Positions 1 through 14,328 of a stretch of DNA of 64,000 nucleotides are shown here, piece after piece. The notes beneath the pieces were generated by a model. It did not search any database and had not been told where the DNA came from. It saw only the letters and a program-made list of their open reading frames with translations. The position numbers and the translations under genes are program-made. The stretch is taken from contig OX597826.1 in assembly GCA_951406725.2 (NCBI GenBank), forward strand, positions 18,228,001-18,292,000. Direction: 5' to 3'. The DNA comes from Octopus vulgaris. Lineage: Eukaryota. How positions within the stretch are numbered: the stretch's first letter is position 1; every line of letters begins with the position of its first letter.

Positions 1-335
1 ACCCCAGGACTTATTCTTTGTAAACCTAGTACTTATTCTATGGGTCTCTTTTTGCCAAACTGCTAAGTTACAGGGACATAAACACACCGGCATCGGTTGT
101 CAAGCTATGTTGGGAAGACAAACACAGACACACATACATAAACACACACACACACACACACATACATATATACGACGGGCTCCTTTCAGTTTCCGTCTAC
201 CAAATCCACTCACAAGGTTTTGGTCAGCCTGAGGCTATAGTAGAAGACACTTGCCCAAGGTGCCACGCAGTGGGACTGATCCTGGAACCATGTGGTTCAT
301 AAGCAAGCTACTTACCACACAGGCACTCCTACGCC
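1..335 (-). mobile_element. tRNA-derived SINE (family A), truncated by the window edge
   Basis: Reverse complement of the head ggcgtaggagtg...ggttccaggatcagtcccactgcgtggcaccttgggcaagtgtcttctactatagcc seen in many copies in this window. Internal (CA)n/(TA)n tract. Confidence 0.85.
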
Positions 336-368
336 TATGTATATATATATATATGTGTGTGTGTGTAC

Positions 369-426
<58 letters not shown>

Positions 427-753
427 ATATATATATATTTATATACATGTATATATATATGTATATATATTCATATATATGTGTGTGTGTATATATATGT
501 GTACATATAAATGTATATATAAATGTATATATATATGTATATATACACATGTGTATGTATATATATAAACATGTATACATATATATGTGTGTATATATAT
601 ATATGTGTGTGTGTACGTATGTGTATATATAGAGAGATATATTTGTATATATATGTATATATGTCTATATATATATGTATATATGTATATATATCTATAT
701 ATACATGTTTATATATGTATATAAACATGTATATATATATGTATATAAATATA

Positions 754-815
<62 letters not shown>

Positions 816-819
816 TGTA

Positions 820-1473
<654 letters not shown>

Positions 1474-1797
1474 CTATATATATGTATATATGTCTGTGTG
1501 TACATAAATTTCTTTTAGGTATCATTTACATTTGAATACATTGTGTATAATCGAGAGTAAAATGAAACAGGGGACTTACTTTTAAAAGTTTTTTCAATTA
1601 TAACATAAGTTTATAACTTTTACACGTGTTTTATTGGGGAATACTGGTACATCATTTGGTAATTTTTATGTGGACAATTGCATTACTTTGAAATGCCATA
1701 TATGTGTGTGTGTGTGTGTGTGTGCATTATATATATGCATGTACTTGTACAAATATGTATATGTAAATATAAATAATTATGGGTGTGTGTGTATATA

Positions 1798-1833
<36 letters not shown>

Positions 1834-1970
1834 TGTATGTATGTATGTATGTATGTATGTATATATGTATGTATGCGTGTGTGTTTATTCAGATAGTTAG
1901 ATATATGGCTTTGTATGTAGTATATGTATGTGTGAATGTGTGTGTTTGTGTGTGTGTGTATATATATATA

Positions 1971-2281
<311 letters not shown>

Positions 2282-2509
2282 CATATAATAAGCATGTGTG
2301 TATGTTTGTTGATGTAAAAACTAGTGTTTCAACAAATACAAATAACTATCAAACAGAAATAAATGTTGGTGTCTGTGTGATTGGCTAAAACTGTGAAGGC
2401 ATTGCTCCAGCATGGTCTAATAACTTATCATCATTGTCATTGTTGTTACTATCATCACTGATTTACCCACATTTTGTTTGTATTATCCAATTATCAGCAC
2501 AAATTTATT

Positions 2510-2737
2510 TGACCCTTTATCATTTCAACCAGTCATATGTGTCCAAAATATTCTGACCCTTTTATGTTCAAACTGGCCAGATCCAACATCTCACACCTAC
2601 CCAACAATGTCATTGTAAAAATAAACAGCCATATCATTGAAATCTTAAAGCCACAAGATAATGCAGGATTAGTTCAACACAAGGCATATAAATAAGCATT
2701 ACATTTGACAGAATAATTTGAATGCTAAAAGGGCTAA
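2510..2737. mobile_element. piggyBac-like MITE (decayed)
   Basis: Ends resemble TTAA-CCCTTT...AAAGGG-TTAA (ttgaccctttat...aaaagggctaa). A second copy lies in the opposite orientation at ~40150-40377. Confidence 0.6.
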
Positions 2738-4269
2738 AGTTCCCTGTTCCATCATTCTTATATTAGTTCAGTTTCTGGAACATCAATCACAAAAAAAAAA
2801 AAAAAAACTGGTTTACCACTGACCCAGACTAACTAATAATTGCTGAATTCACAAAATTGTCTCCTTGTAAATATACACAAAGATATTGTATATTTCACAA
2901 AAGTTGCTACAGGCTCCTCAGAAAGGTACTACATTAGCTTCACCTCCAGACAAGTTCAAATATTGTTTGGGCAGCTTCTTCGCACATCCAAAAACACCAA
3001 TAAAAGATCATAAGCTAAGCTATCTAATTACATGTGGATCCTCAAAAATCTATCTACACTTTAACATTTGAAATGCCACAGAACACATACATACATACAT
3101 ACATACATACATACATACATACATACATACATACATAAATACATATATACATACATACATATATACGTACAATTATACATACATACATACAGACATATAT
3201 ACGTACAATTATACATACATACATACATATATATATATATACACATACATACATATATATATATATATATACACATACATACATACATACATACATACAA
3301 ACATACATATATACATACATACATGTATACATACATACATACATACATATATACATACATACATACATACATACATACATACATACATACATGCATGCAT
3401 GCTGGGTGGTTGGTTTTAGGAAGGGCATCCAAACGTAAAATCCCTGCCAAAACAGACAGAAGTCCGGTGCCGGCTCCTGCCTGGCCAGCTCCTGTCCAGC
3501 TGTCCAATCCATGCCAGCATGGAAGGCAGACATTAAACGATGTTGATGATGATAATGATGGTATTTGCACACTGTAATATATATGAGTCCAAGCGTGACT
3601 GTGTGGTTGAGAAGTTTGCTTTCCGACCATGTGGTTTTGAGTTCAATTCCACAGCATAGTACCTTAGAGAAGAGTTTTCTACTCTCGCACCGGGATGGCC
3701 AAAGCCTTGTGAGTGGATTTACTAGATGGAAACTGAAAGAAACTCATTACATACGTATGTGTACCTAAGTATGTGTGTGTGTGTGCATGTGATCATGTCT
3801 CCTTAACACTGTGTGCTAATTGTAAACAAACATCATTGTCATATAAGCAGTGTCATTTGCTGGCAGTCTTCAGTGAAAATGTATTTGACAATTGTGTTGT
3901 ACAAGTTGGAAGAATTGGAGGAAACACGACTTTACTCAGAGACAGGTGAGAGTTGGTCTGAGGAGAATATCTGACCTTAGAAAATGTACCTCAACAAATT
4001 TTGTTCAATCTTAGGCAGTCGTGGAAACGTGGGTGTTGAAACATTATTGCAACTATGATGACTTCACACACACGCACACACACACACACACACTCACACA
4101 CACACACACACACTCACACACACACTCACACACACACACACACTCACACACACACACTCACACACACATACATATTATGTATGTTCTATTTTTCCTGAGC
4201 ATCCAGCTAATACACCTGCTTGTAATTCTTTCAATTGTCTGTTCTTTTGTATATTTTTTTAACTGTGTA

Positions 4270-4329
<60 letters not shown>

Positions 4330-4339
4330 AAGATTTATA

Positions 4340-4631
4340 TCTCTCTTACTCTTTTACTCGTTTCAGTCATTTTGACTGTGACCATGCTGGAGCACCACCT
4401 TTTAGTTGAAGAAATTGACCCCTAGACTTATTCTTTGTAAACCCGGTACTTATCCTATCAGTTTCTTTGCTGAACCACTAAGTTAAAAGGGACATAAACA
4501 CACCAGCATCGGTTGTCAAGCGATGGTAGGGTGGACAAACACAGACACAAACACACACACACACACATACACACAGACACACACGCACACACACACATCT
4601 ATCTATCTATCTATCTATCTATCTATATATC

Positions 4632-4662
<31 letters not shown>

Positions 4663-4821
4663 GACTTCTTTCAGTTTCTCTCTACCAAACCTCTCACAAG
4701 GCTTTGGTCAGCCCGAAGCTATAGCAAAAAACACTTGCCCAAGGTGCCCTGCAGCAGGACTGAACCCGGAACCATGTGGTTGGGAAACAAGCTTCTTACC
4801 ATACAGCCATGTCCTGTGCCT
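4340..4821 (-). mobile_element. tRNA-derived SINE (family A), full length, with internal (CA)n(TCTA)n(TA)n
   Basis: Head and 3' tail (gactgaaacgagtaaaagagtaagag) match the other copies. Confidence 0.85.
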
Positions 4822-4853
4822 GTATATGTGTATATACATACATATATGTATGC

Positions 4854-4904
<51 letters not shown>

Positions 4905-4906
<2 letters not shown>

Positions 4907-5152
4907 CTTTTATTTTTTACTTCAGTCATCCTACTGGCCATACTGGGGCACCACTTTGAAGAATTTCAGTCAAATGAATTGACCCTAGTACTTATTTTTT
5001 AAAAGCCTGGTACTTCTATTTGTTTCTTTTTTATTGAACCACTATGTTACAGGGACATAAACAAACTAACACTGGTAACCACATGGTGGTAGGGGACAAA
5101 ACACACACACATTTATCTATCTATCTATCTACACACACACACACACACGCAC

Positions 5153-5202
<50 letters not shown>

Positions 5203-5339
5203 ACACACTATTGGCTTCTTTCAATTTCTGTCTCCCAAATCCACTCACAAAGCTTTGATCAGCCCAAGGTGCCAGGTAGTGGGAATGAACTCAAATCCAT
5301 GGGGTTGGGAAACCACTTTTTACCACATAGTCATGCCTA
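4905..5339 (-). mobile_element. tRNA-derived SINE (family A), older copy
   Basis: Same head and tail motifs, more diverged, internal (CA)n. Confidence 0.75.
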
Positions 5340-5443
5340 CACAGACATGCACATACCAATACCAGACATGCCAATACAGAAAACTCCCAGCCCTTGAGTC
5401 ACCTTGTATTTTCTGCTGATCATATATACATATGCATCTATTC

Positions 5444-5550
<107 letters not shown>

Positions 5551-5660
5551 TGTGTGTTTGTGCACATATACTTTTAACTATATTTTTCAGATTTAAGTAT
5601 AAAAAGAAATGTTCATATATGTTTTCAGGTTCTTTTTTATGTAAAATTGTTTTTATTTGT

Positions 5661-5723
<63 letters not shown>

Positions 5724-5954
5724 ACACCTACACACAGCATACACTATGTACCATTTTCTATATGATTAAAATAATATAACCCTACATCACCTTGTACCCT
5801 AAACTACACCCTGTCTGAAGAGGAACGCAGTAAATCTCAATTTTATAATTTTCATTTATTTAATTGATTAACGAAGCTCGCATGAATATCATGTCAAATA
5901 TAATACTGTATCTAATGAGCAGGCCTTGGACATGTTTCATAATGGCTAGCATAC

Positions 5955-5994
5955 CATTTTAACGAGGGGAGTCTAGCTGATCGTATAGGTCTGT
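5955..5994 (-). CDS. Candidate 40-nt small exon (phase 1-2), DRPIRSARLPSLK
   Basis: Acceptor cttccattttgcttgccgatgcacag|, donor ATG|gtatgc. Open in phase with the preceding EGF exon, CpG-containing non-repeat island. Same position, phase and gcacag acceptor as the 19-nt exon after the other GSAYC-type EGF exon. Confidence 0.5.
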
Positions 5995-7335
5995 CTGTGC
6001 ATCGGCAAGCAAAATGGAAGTATATACTGCAGTTGTTGGCAGTGTTGATAAGAATCTACTGCACCAAAACAAGTGTCTAGTATTGATCTCAATGTTGGAT
6101 GAGTATAATGTGTTTGTGTATGTGTGTTTGTGTTCATGTGTAATGTGTTTGAGTATGCCTTGCATGTGTGTGCGTGTGTGTGTGAAGTAGTCAGTTTTCA
6201 GCTGAGTTGTTACAATGGCACTGAAATTTTATGGTCTGTCTAGACCTAGGCTTCTCCTTCTGCTACTTTATTTTCCTTTCAGTCTCCTCCCCCTCCTCTT
6301 CCTCTTCCCTCCTATCTTCTGTTTCTTTTTGTTGATGTGATGAGAAACCACTTGCTTAAGATGTGTGGTGTGCAGGAAGTGGGGTGGTGAGGGTGGTGGC
6401 GGTTGAAGTAAGATGGTGTGAATGATGTTCTCCTGATGGCAGCGGCAATGGTATGGAAAGAAAGCTGAAGAGGGGGAAAAACTGATAGGAAGGGAAGAAG
6501 GAAGAAAGTGGGGGAGGAAAGGTAGATTAAGGAAAAGAGTGAATGGAAAGAAAGATAGAGAAAAGGAAGAAGAAATCAAAGAAAATTAGCAATAAAGAAA
6601 TATGGAATGAAGAAAAGAGGAAAACAGAAAAAAATATTCTTCAGTTTTCCATTAGTTTCTCATTGCCACCAGCAGCAATACCAGCAGCAGCAGTTGACCC
6701 TGTCAATGAAATTTACAAGGAATCTCTGTCAAAAATAATATTTAGGGGTTTTGATGAATTTTGGATGGTTTTTATATATTTTGGGGGAGAATAGACTAGA
6801 AAATAGATTTGATGAAAGAAGAGAAGCAGAGAACAAAATGTGATACACTTGTAAATAATAATTTATATACACAGATGTCCAGTGTTCAAATACTAATTAA
6901 TGTAATCATTATTAACAATTATTAATTTAACAAACACAAGATATATTTAGTTTTTTAAACTAATATAATGACTATAATTAGAACAGAGTTTCCCAATTAT
7001 TTTGATACTGTGGAAAAGTTTCACATAGACAAAACGCCCAAGAAAATTAATTTATCAAGGTCTGAATAGTTCATTGAAATCACACAATTTCAGAAATGCT
7101 CAAAGCTGTTGTTTTTATTACCCTTAAGAATGAATGTTTCATTTTCAGTGCTGAAACCTACAATGTCATCTGCCAAAACAGAAGTATGGAGATCAGTATG
7201 AACCAGTAATATACTGCAATCAAATGAATCAACTGTATTCCATATTTATTTTACATTAACAAAACAAAAAATGGTGATGAGGTATGACTTTATGAAAGAA
7301 ACTTTATAGACGGGATAATAAAAAATATTAATTAC

Positions 7336-7455
7336 CTGTACAGTTCTTCATGTCTGGTGCCAATTCGAAACCAACTGCACAAGCACAGTAGGCGCTGCCA
7401 TTGGTGTTCACACAGTCATATTCACAACCAAAGCCATCAGCACACTCATCGATGT
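7336..7455 (-). CDS. Internal exon (120 nt, phase 1-1) encoding a calcium-binding EGF-like domain
   Basis: ctcctgttttgtag|AC ATC GAT GAG TGT...AAC TGT ACA G|gtaatt. Translation (D)[39 protein letters not shown]. Confidence 0.96.
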
Positions 7456-10029
7456 CTACAAAACAGGAGTACATAGGTTCAATGCATGACAGATGAAGTA
7501 TATTGATGGAAAGTCCTTGAGGTGAGGCTTCTTATTTTAATGAAACTGGATACAGCTCTCATCTTCCTCTTCTGTTTGTAGCTGCTTGCTAAGATGATCA
7601 TATGCAGTTATCCTTGCCAGAAAGTAAGGTGAACCACTTGCAGGTATGTTAAATAGAGTAAATTTGCAAGGTCTCATCATTAGAAAGAAGCCTTGCAGAG
7701 GAACCTATAATTTACTAAAGATCAGAGGCAGATTTATGGTTAGAGTAAGAAACAAGAAGACTAGAAAGATTTACTGTACAACAATGGTTTCTTGGTGTCA
7801 GTATAACCATTTCTGTCGTCAGTATAACCATTTCACCAAAGAATTAGTTTCTCTCACTTACCTTTGTTACCAAAGAATTCCTAAAAATATTTTATGAAAA
7901 TTTGATATTTGAAATTCATATTTTACCATTACTTTTCACACACCTGTCGTTCAGATAAAAACATTTTAAAAATATACTTACTTATTATATGGAAGACAAA
8001 CCTGGATTTATACTAAGTTTCCTGTTGATGGAATATTTTTCATTCACTTTATTTTTTATAGGAAAAAAAGAACATTTAGGTTACTTCAGTTAAATTGATT
8101 CTGGTTTAGTCACAACCCATTCAAATGAGACATACACTTGTGCATATACATGCATGTTTCCTACATGTGTCACATGTGTTACACATGTGCTAAGATATTC
8201 ATGTGCTGTTCAAACATTGATGTAATGCTCAAGAATTAGGTTTATTGTAGGGAACCAAGCAAAATTTAAAACTGTTTATAGATATTAGTGACAAATACCT
8301 TTAAAGAATATTATTACTCAAAGCAGTCGATCTGAAATTCAAAAACTACTGGTCAGCAGTGTGTCTATGTGACCGTTTGTATTCTTTCATGAAAAGGATC
8401 TTTCTAGACAACAACACTTCATAAACCTTGGGTTGCAAACTCATTGATACAAAGAAATTATTTTCTTTTCTGTTAATCCAATTTTCATATCATGTGGAAC
8501 CAGAGAGTTATGAACTTTTAACACAAAGTTAATGTCCAGAAATATAAAGAGTGTAAGAAGTGGAAACAATTTGCTGACTTTGCTATTGAGAGCTTTTCAC
8601 AAATATAAAACTTAAATACATTAGATATTACTTCTGCATTCAATGAAGTAGATACACTAGACTCATCTCCATTTTGGATACATAAGCCCTTTAGTATATC
8701 TCAAAGGGATTATAAATACAAAATGTCCTTAAAAGGTGAAAGAAATGATAGGGATGCTTCTTTATCTGGTAGTTGCCAACAAATCCTAATTATTTCTTGT
8801 GGACAGACATTTGTCCAAAATTAAAGTCAGATATTCATTTTCTTTCAATCTGATTCCTATTTCAGTTTCATTCTGGATCCAATTCCAGTCTGTTATTTCA
8901 ACAGCTGATCTAGCAGCTCAAACTAAAGACTGTGTCTACAATAGCTTGAGTTATCATAGTTAAGACATACTTGAAAGATTATATGGCCCTTATGGATATG
9001 GTCTGATTCTTTGAAGAATTTCATGGAAATACAACCAATATCATAATTACAATTATTATTATTCTATGAGATTTTTATGTTTGTGTAGGTTTGCTGGGTT
9101 TTATTCAACACAGTGTTTCACCACATGTTGCAGTCCTTTGTCATTTCCCTTGTGAAGTTCACTCTGTTAAAATCAGCCTTCCCCACTTCTTCCCATACCT
9201 TTTTTGGTCTTCCTCTTACTCAGATTTCTTTCACTTTGAACACTTTATTCAAATATCATCCACCATATATATCACATGTCCATTACTAGCACAGTCTTTT
9301 CTTTTGCATGCTACAACCAATTCCTTTTATACTCAGTTTCTCTCTCAGCTCATTTCTACTCAATCATTCATAGACACAAACATATATCCAATGGAGAATG
9401 CTCATCTCTTTTCTTTCCAGTTATTACATCCCTCTGCATCCAATACTCATGTTTTGGCTACCATACACTATTATACTTTGTACATAAGTATCATACAGTC
9501 TGTTTTTTTCTTGAAGAGAAAATCCTCTCTTTGCTTGCAGAGGTAACAGCTTCCCTGAACTTTTTCTACTCCTATTGATATTAGCTACTTTGCTTTCAGA
9601 ACACTGTTAATTTGGTCACCTGGGTAATGGATCCTCACACTTACTTTTAGGGAGCTTTCTAAACATTTGAAAGAATAATTTTATGGGTACTCTAATTACT
9701 AATCACCCCAATTACGAAATGCTTCAGCATGTATACTGCATACAATGTCTTTCTTCAATGTCAATCTGTCTGTCATCCCAGTATTCACCTTGCATGCAGT
9801 TTATATTTGGTACATTGTATGACATTCCTACCAACTCTTTTTCTGTATATTAAGAATGGCCACTAAACTTTTGTTTCCATTTCTACTTTTGTCCATGTTA
9901 CTTTAAAAAATTTTTCAATTAAAGGTTTTGTTTCCACATTTGGAATTTCTTCTTTAATTCTTCAACAGATTCAACTATGAGAACTATGTGTCTGGCTCTT
10001 CATCAGTTATGATAACAAGTGTTCCAGGT

Positions 10030-10300
10030 TATTCAATCAACGGAACACCCAGCTCATGGAATTAACATGCAAATGGCTGAGCACTCTACAGACATGCATA
10101 CTCTTAATGTAGTTCTCTGGGAGATTCAATATGACACACTGAATGTAATAAGGCTGGCCCTTTGAATTACACATACAACTCATAAGTGGACTGGAGCGAC
10201 AAGAAATAAAATGTCTTGCTCAAGGACACAACAGGTATTGAACTCATGACCTTATAGTCATGAGTGAAATACCCTAACCCTTAAGCCACATACCTTCTGT
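10030..10300 (-). mobile_element. tRNA-derived SINE (family C)
   Basis: Reverse complement of the 52130-52450 element (gtggcttaagggttagggt...ttgtgtccttgagcaagaca). Confidence 0.7.
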
Positions 10301-10721
10301 ACTATGAAAACTAGGTCATTAAGATATATGTTTCCATTGACAACTGGTCTTAAATTCTGCCAAATGGTCTAAAGAACTATAAAAAAATAGGAGTAAGTGA
10401 GAACCGAATCCTGATGGACAGCTAAAATCCTCACTGAACCTACATTGCTGACAGATATTCAGAACATGACTTACATGGTCCTCATGAGAAATTCATCTAC
10501 CCCTAATTTTCTTAACCAAACTACCAAATGTGGAACCTTGTTAATGGTTTTCTCTGGGTCAATGAATGCTGAATAAAGTGGTTTACTCTTTGTTAAAAAA
10601 TCCATGAGCTGTCACAGTAGGAAAAGGACATAAAAAATATTCCATCCTGACACAAACCAGAACTGCATCTCATCTGAATTTATTCTTAATAATTTGTACT
10701 AAAATTTCTTTTATTTGCATA

Positions 10722-12020
10722 TGAGAGTGGGCTGAAAAGTTCATAGGCTGATTATGAAGGAATAGGGCTAAAGCTGGGAAATCTTGCATGCATTAATGTC
10801 AACACTTTTCATTAATAACTGCATTGTTTTTTTTTCCAAGTAAGCTGACATTTGACTGTTCAAAGACGACTTAAAAAATAACTAGTAACTATTTTTCTTG
10901 AAAATGAACAAAACTTGGCATTATGGCATTATCAAGTATTTGCAGAAAAGGGGTTTAGCCCCCAATGATATTCATACTGACCAGATTGCTACATTAGGGG
11001 GATGACATTTCAGCTTTATCAACAGTGCAAAAGTGGGCAGCTGAATTTAGGAGAGAAGGGAGAGTCTTGAAGATGACCCAAGATCTGGACATCTTGCATT
11101 TGCCACTACTGAGGAAAACATTGATTGTGTTCACCACATTGTGATGGATAACAAGCGATTAACTATAAATCAAATAGTCAGTGCTATTAGTATATGCCAT
11201 GAAAAAGTTGAGAATATTCTGCTCAATGAACTTGGTATGATGAACGTTTCTGCTTAGCAGCTGCCATATCTTCTGATACCTGATCAAAAGTGCACCAAGT
11301 TGATCACATCACAGAAAAATCTAGCAATGTTTGAGACAGATCCTGCTGGTTTGATTAAACATTTCTTAACTCAGGATGAGTATTGGGTTCGTCATTTTAA
11401 GCCATAGGCAAAGAGACAATCCATTGCAGTTGAAACACCTCCTCCTCAGCGCTCAAAAGAAGGCCAAAGTCATTTCCTCTACAGGAAAGGTGATGGTCTC
11501 AGTTTTTTGGGATGCAAAAAGTATTGTATTTATTGAATATCCTTAAAAGGGCCACACCATCAATGGAGAGTACTATGTCAACTTGCTGAGGCAGTTACAA
11601 AAGGCTCTCAAGACCAAATCCCCAGGAAAACTGATGGAAAGGGGTCTTGTTTCATCAGGATAATGCTCCAGCACTCAAGCACTTGCTTTCAATGGCTGCT
11701 GTGCATGGCTGTGTCTTTGAACTGATTAATCACCCTTCTTATTCTCCTAATTTGGCCCCATCTTACAATCACCTGTTCCCCAACATCAAAAAGCAATTAG
11801 CAAGGAACCAGTATCACAGTGATGATGATGATGTCATATCTACCGTTGATTTTCTTGACCAACAGGATGAAAGCTTCTTCACCAATGGTATCCAAGCATT
11901 GCAACACTGATGGAACAAATGCGTGGACCACAAGAGGGACTATGTTGAAAAACAAACCCCATTTGGTCACACTCCATGAGAGTATCTTGGTCAGCCTATG
12001 AATTTTTCAGCCAATCCTTG
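10722..12020 (+). mobile_element. Full-length decayed mariner (DD34D) transposon with pseudogenized transposase
   Basis: ~30-bp TIRs gagtgggctgaaaagttcataggctga / tcagcctatgaatttttcagcc, length ~1.3 kb. Motifs LTQDEYWVRHF, FHQDNAPA, HPSYSPNLAPSYNHLFP, with frameshifts and stops. Confidence 0.92.
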
Positions 12021-13228
12021 AAAGTTCGACAATTCTTTTTAACCTTTATAGTTGCTTCTTTTTCGAGCATCTCTTTTACTTGTGTCATAACTGATGACAA
12101 TACTGCCATGCCACTTGGTTGATTATACAAGAGATTACTGAATAAGCAGTCCTATTTTGTTGTCTATTCTCATTATCTCAGCAGCTTATTCCTGCTAGTT
12201 TGGTTACTTTCTTTGCCTTCATATCCTTAACTGCTATTTTTATTAAGTGGTCAATTCCAGTGGATGGTCCCTCTGCTGGGCCCACTTGGTGTAGACCCTT
12301 TCTTTCCCAGCCATTCTACTCAATCAGCAACTTCTCATAGCAGCATTTCCATAACTTTCTCTTCACATCAGTGAGGCTGAGTACACCACCACCATTACAC
12401 ACATACTTTCCACTATTATGAGCTGATTCAAACTGATTCACTGCTTTGCAATCCAGAACACCTCAAGCTCTGATTCTCACTTCACAGAATTTTAGCAAGC
12501 ATTTTATTTTCAGCTTCTCTCCTAGTTAAGTAGAGTTGATGTCTAAGTCTCTCTGCCAGCCTTTCTTCCGATTCTTTCTGGCTCTGTGTATATGCTTTTA
12601 TGCTTCTGTTTATCTATTTACTTTTATTTGGAAAAGATTTGTTCTGTTCCAATAATAGCTGTTATGATAAACTTCACAGTCCTTTTATACATAAGTCACT
12701 GTTAGACAGTGTCTTTCTTATTGCCTATTTTAGCTTACATGACAACTAATCAGTTTAGACCTGATGACTGATTGTAAAACATTACAACATCTCATTTTAG
12801 ACATTATTAATGACTAATAAAACATCACAACAAATCTGATTAGATTAACTCTCCAAGAGATATGATACCAGTTCCATAATGCTACAAAACAGTAGTGTAG
12901 TTCTATGGAACTACCCTCACTCTATAGAACTTCTACATCAAACATATGTCCTCTGTTTGCTTTACATATCCATTCATCTTGACACAATTAATTCATGGAC
13001 ACATCAGCTGACGCTGTCACTATCCACTGCCTCTATTCACTTTTCTCAGTTAATTTTCCTTCAAACTGTCACTCAGGCTTGCAGTGCACATCAAATGAAT
13101 CATGCTACGTCCAGCAAATATAATAATACAGCAAAACAAATTTATGTCTTTGAATGTGAAAGCGAAAGTGGGTAAAAACATGCACTTGTCTTTAGTGAAT
13201 TGTTTATTGCACAAAACACAGCAGAGTT

Positions 13229-13378
13229 AGTGAAAACAGTGCAGGTACATCTGCTAATTAGTGGAAACAATGCATATACATCCACTAATTAGTAACAATA
13301 GTGCATATACATTCACTAATTAATGAAAACAGTGTATCCATCCACTAATCAGTAAAAACTGTGTACACATCTATTAAT
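13229..13378. repeat. Degenerate 31-bp minisatellite, ~5 copies
   Basis: Unit approximately agtgaaaacagtgcatatacatccactaatt. Confidence 0.8.
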
Positions 13379-13434
13379 AATTTCCCACATATTACCAGAT
13401 TCCTGTGTTTCATTCCCTTGTTTTTTAAACGTAC

Positions 13435-13551
13435 CATCACCTTTACGACCGCTTAGATGAGGAGTGTCTAAAAGGAAGTTGGATGATGACGATACAGGTT
13501 TTGGCAGTCTCCTTCTCCAACCTATTGGCATATTGCGCCAGTTTTGAACAA
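13435..13551 (-). CDS. Internal linker exon (117 nt, phase 1-1), non-EGF, basic and Ser-rich
   Basis: ttttctcttcgttcattgttttgtctgaag|TT GTT CAA...GGT GAT G|gtacgt. Open translation (V)VQNWRNMPIGWRRRLPKPVSSSSNFLLDTPHLSGRKGD. Symmetric phase, lies between two EGF exons. Confidence 0.7.
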
Positions 13552-14199
13552 CTTCAGACAAAACAATGAACGAAGAGAAAAATAAAACAATGAAACAATA
13601 AAAAGAAAAAACTCAAAACAATAATAAAAAAAAAATTTTGAAATCAAAAATAAACTTCAAGTAAATTAAACTTGTCATTTGCATGTTTAGAAATATTTTC
13701 GTTTTGTAGTGAAAAGGGCTTATGACACAATTTAAGGTAACAGAAAGTTCAGTTATGACAGAATAGCTACATCAACCCCAGTTGGGGTCTTTAACAGCTA
13801 TTATGTAGCTGAAATCTAAATTTTTTTTTTTTTTATCTCTAATGGAATATTAAATACAGAGACAGTGTGAAACTGAGCATAAAAATCTCACTAAACCTAG
13901 TTTAGTTCCAGAAGCAAAGTCTGATGTGTATGATCTGATATAGTGACACATAGCAAACTTTGTGCTACCTATGTTGTTCTGTATTCTGAAATTAAAGCTT
14001 CAATTCAACTCATTATTAATATCTTTCTTTATTTTATAATTTAAATATTTTAGTTTTGGAATTGTACAGTAATTTCAGATTACTTAAATGTGTTAATTAA
14101 GAAGAAAAAAATCATGTAAAATGTAGTATTTCCTCTCATCAATGAAATCATAGGATAAAAAACAAAACAATAAAAAACATGAAGAAGACAAAAATTTAC

Positions 14200-14328
14200 C
14201 TAGACAAGTTTTGTTATCTTCATTAGACAGTATAAAGCCTGGTCTGTGACATTCACAATAGTATGAACCATCTACATTCTCACAGATCTGTTGACAATCA
14301 CCATTTCTTGAAGCACATTCATCAATGT
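14200..14328 (-). CDS. Internal exon (129 nt, phase 1-1) encoding a calcium-binding EGF-like domain
   Basis: Branch-like ctaac, then ttcttttccctttgtgcag|AC ATT GAT GAA TGT...TGT CTA G|gtaaat. Translation (D)[42 protein letters not shown] matches the C-x-N-x4-Y-x-C consensus. Confidence 0.96.

Larger units (their letters stand above)
9090..12620 (-). mobile_element. Decayed RTE-clade LINE interrupted by a SINE and a mariner
   Basis: Minus-strand remnants around 9290-9430 read ERKEMSILHWI...NELREKLSIKGIGCSMQKKRL...GHV, typical of RTE C-termini. Similar decayed sequence resumes after 12020. Confidence 0.55.

Noticed and set aside
6682-6725. Possible minus-strand exon with good acceptor tattatttttgacag
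   Set aside because: Phase-1 reading hits a stop after EIPCKFH and the donor is weak. It cannot be supported beyond chance, though an alternative end is not excluded.
7862-7880. 19-nt pseudo-microexon with consensus AAG|gtaagt donor
   Set aside because: In-frame TAA in phase 1, no compensating partner between the flanking phase 1-1 exons, and repeat-like context.
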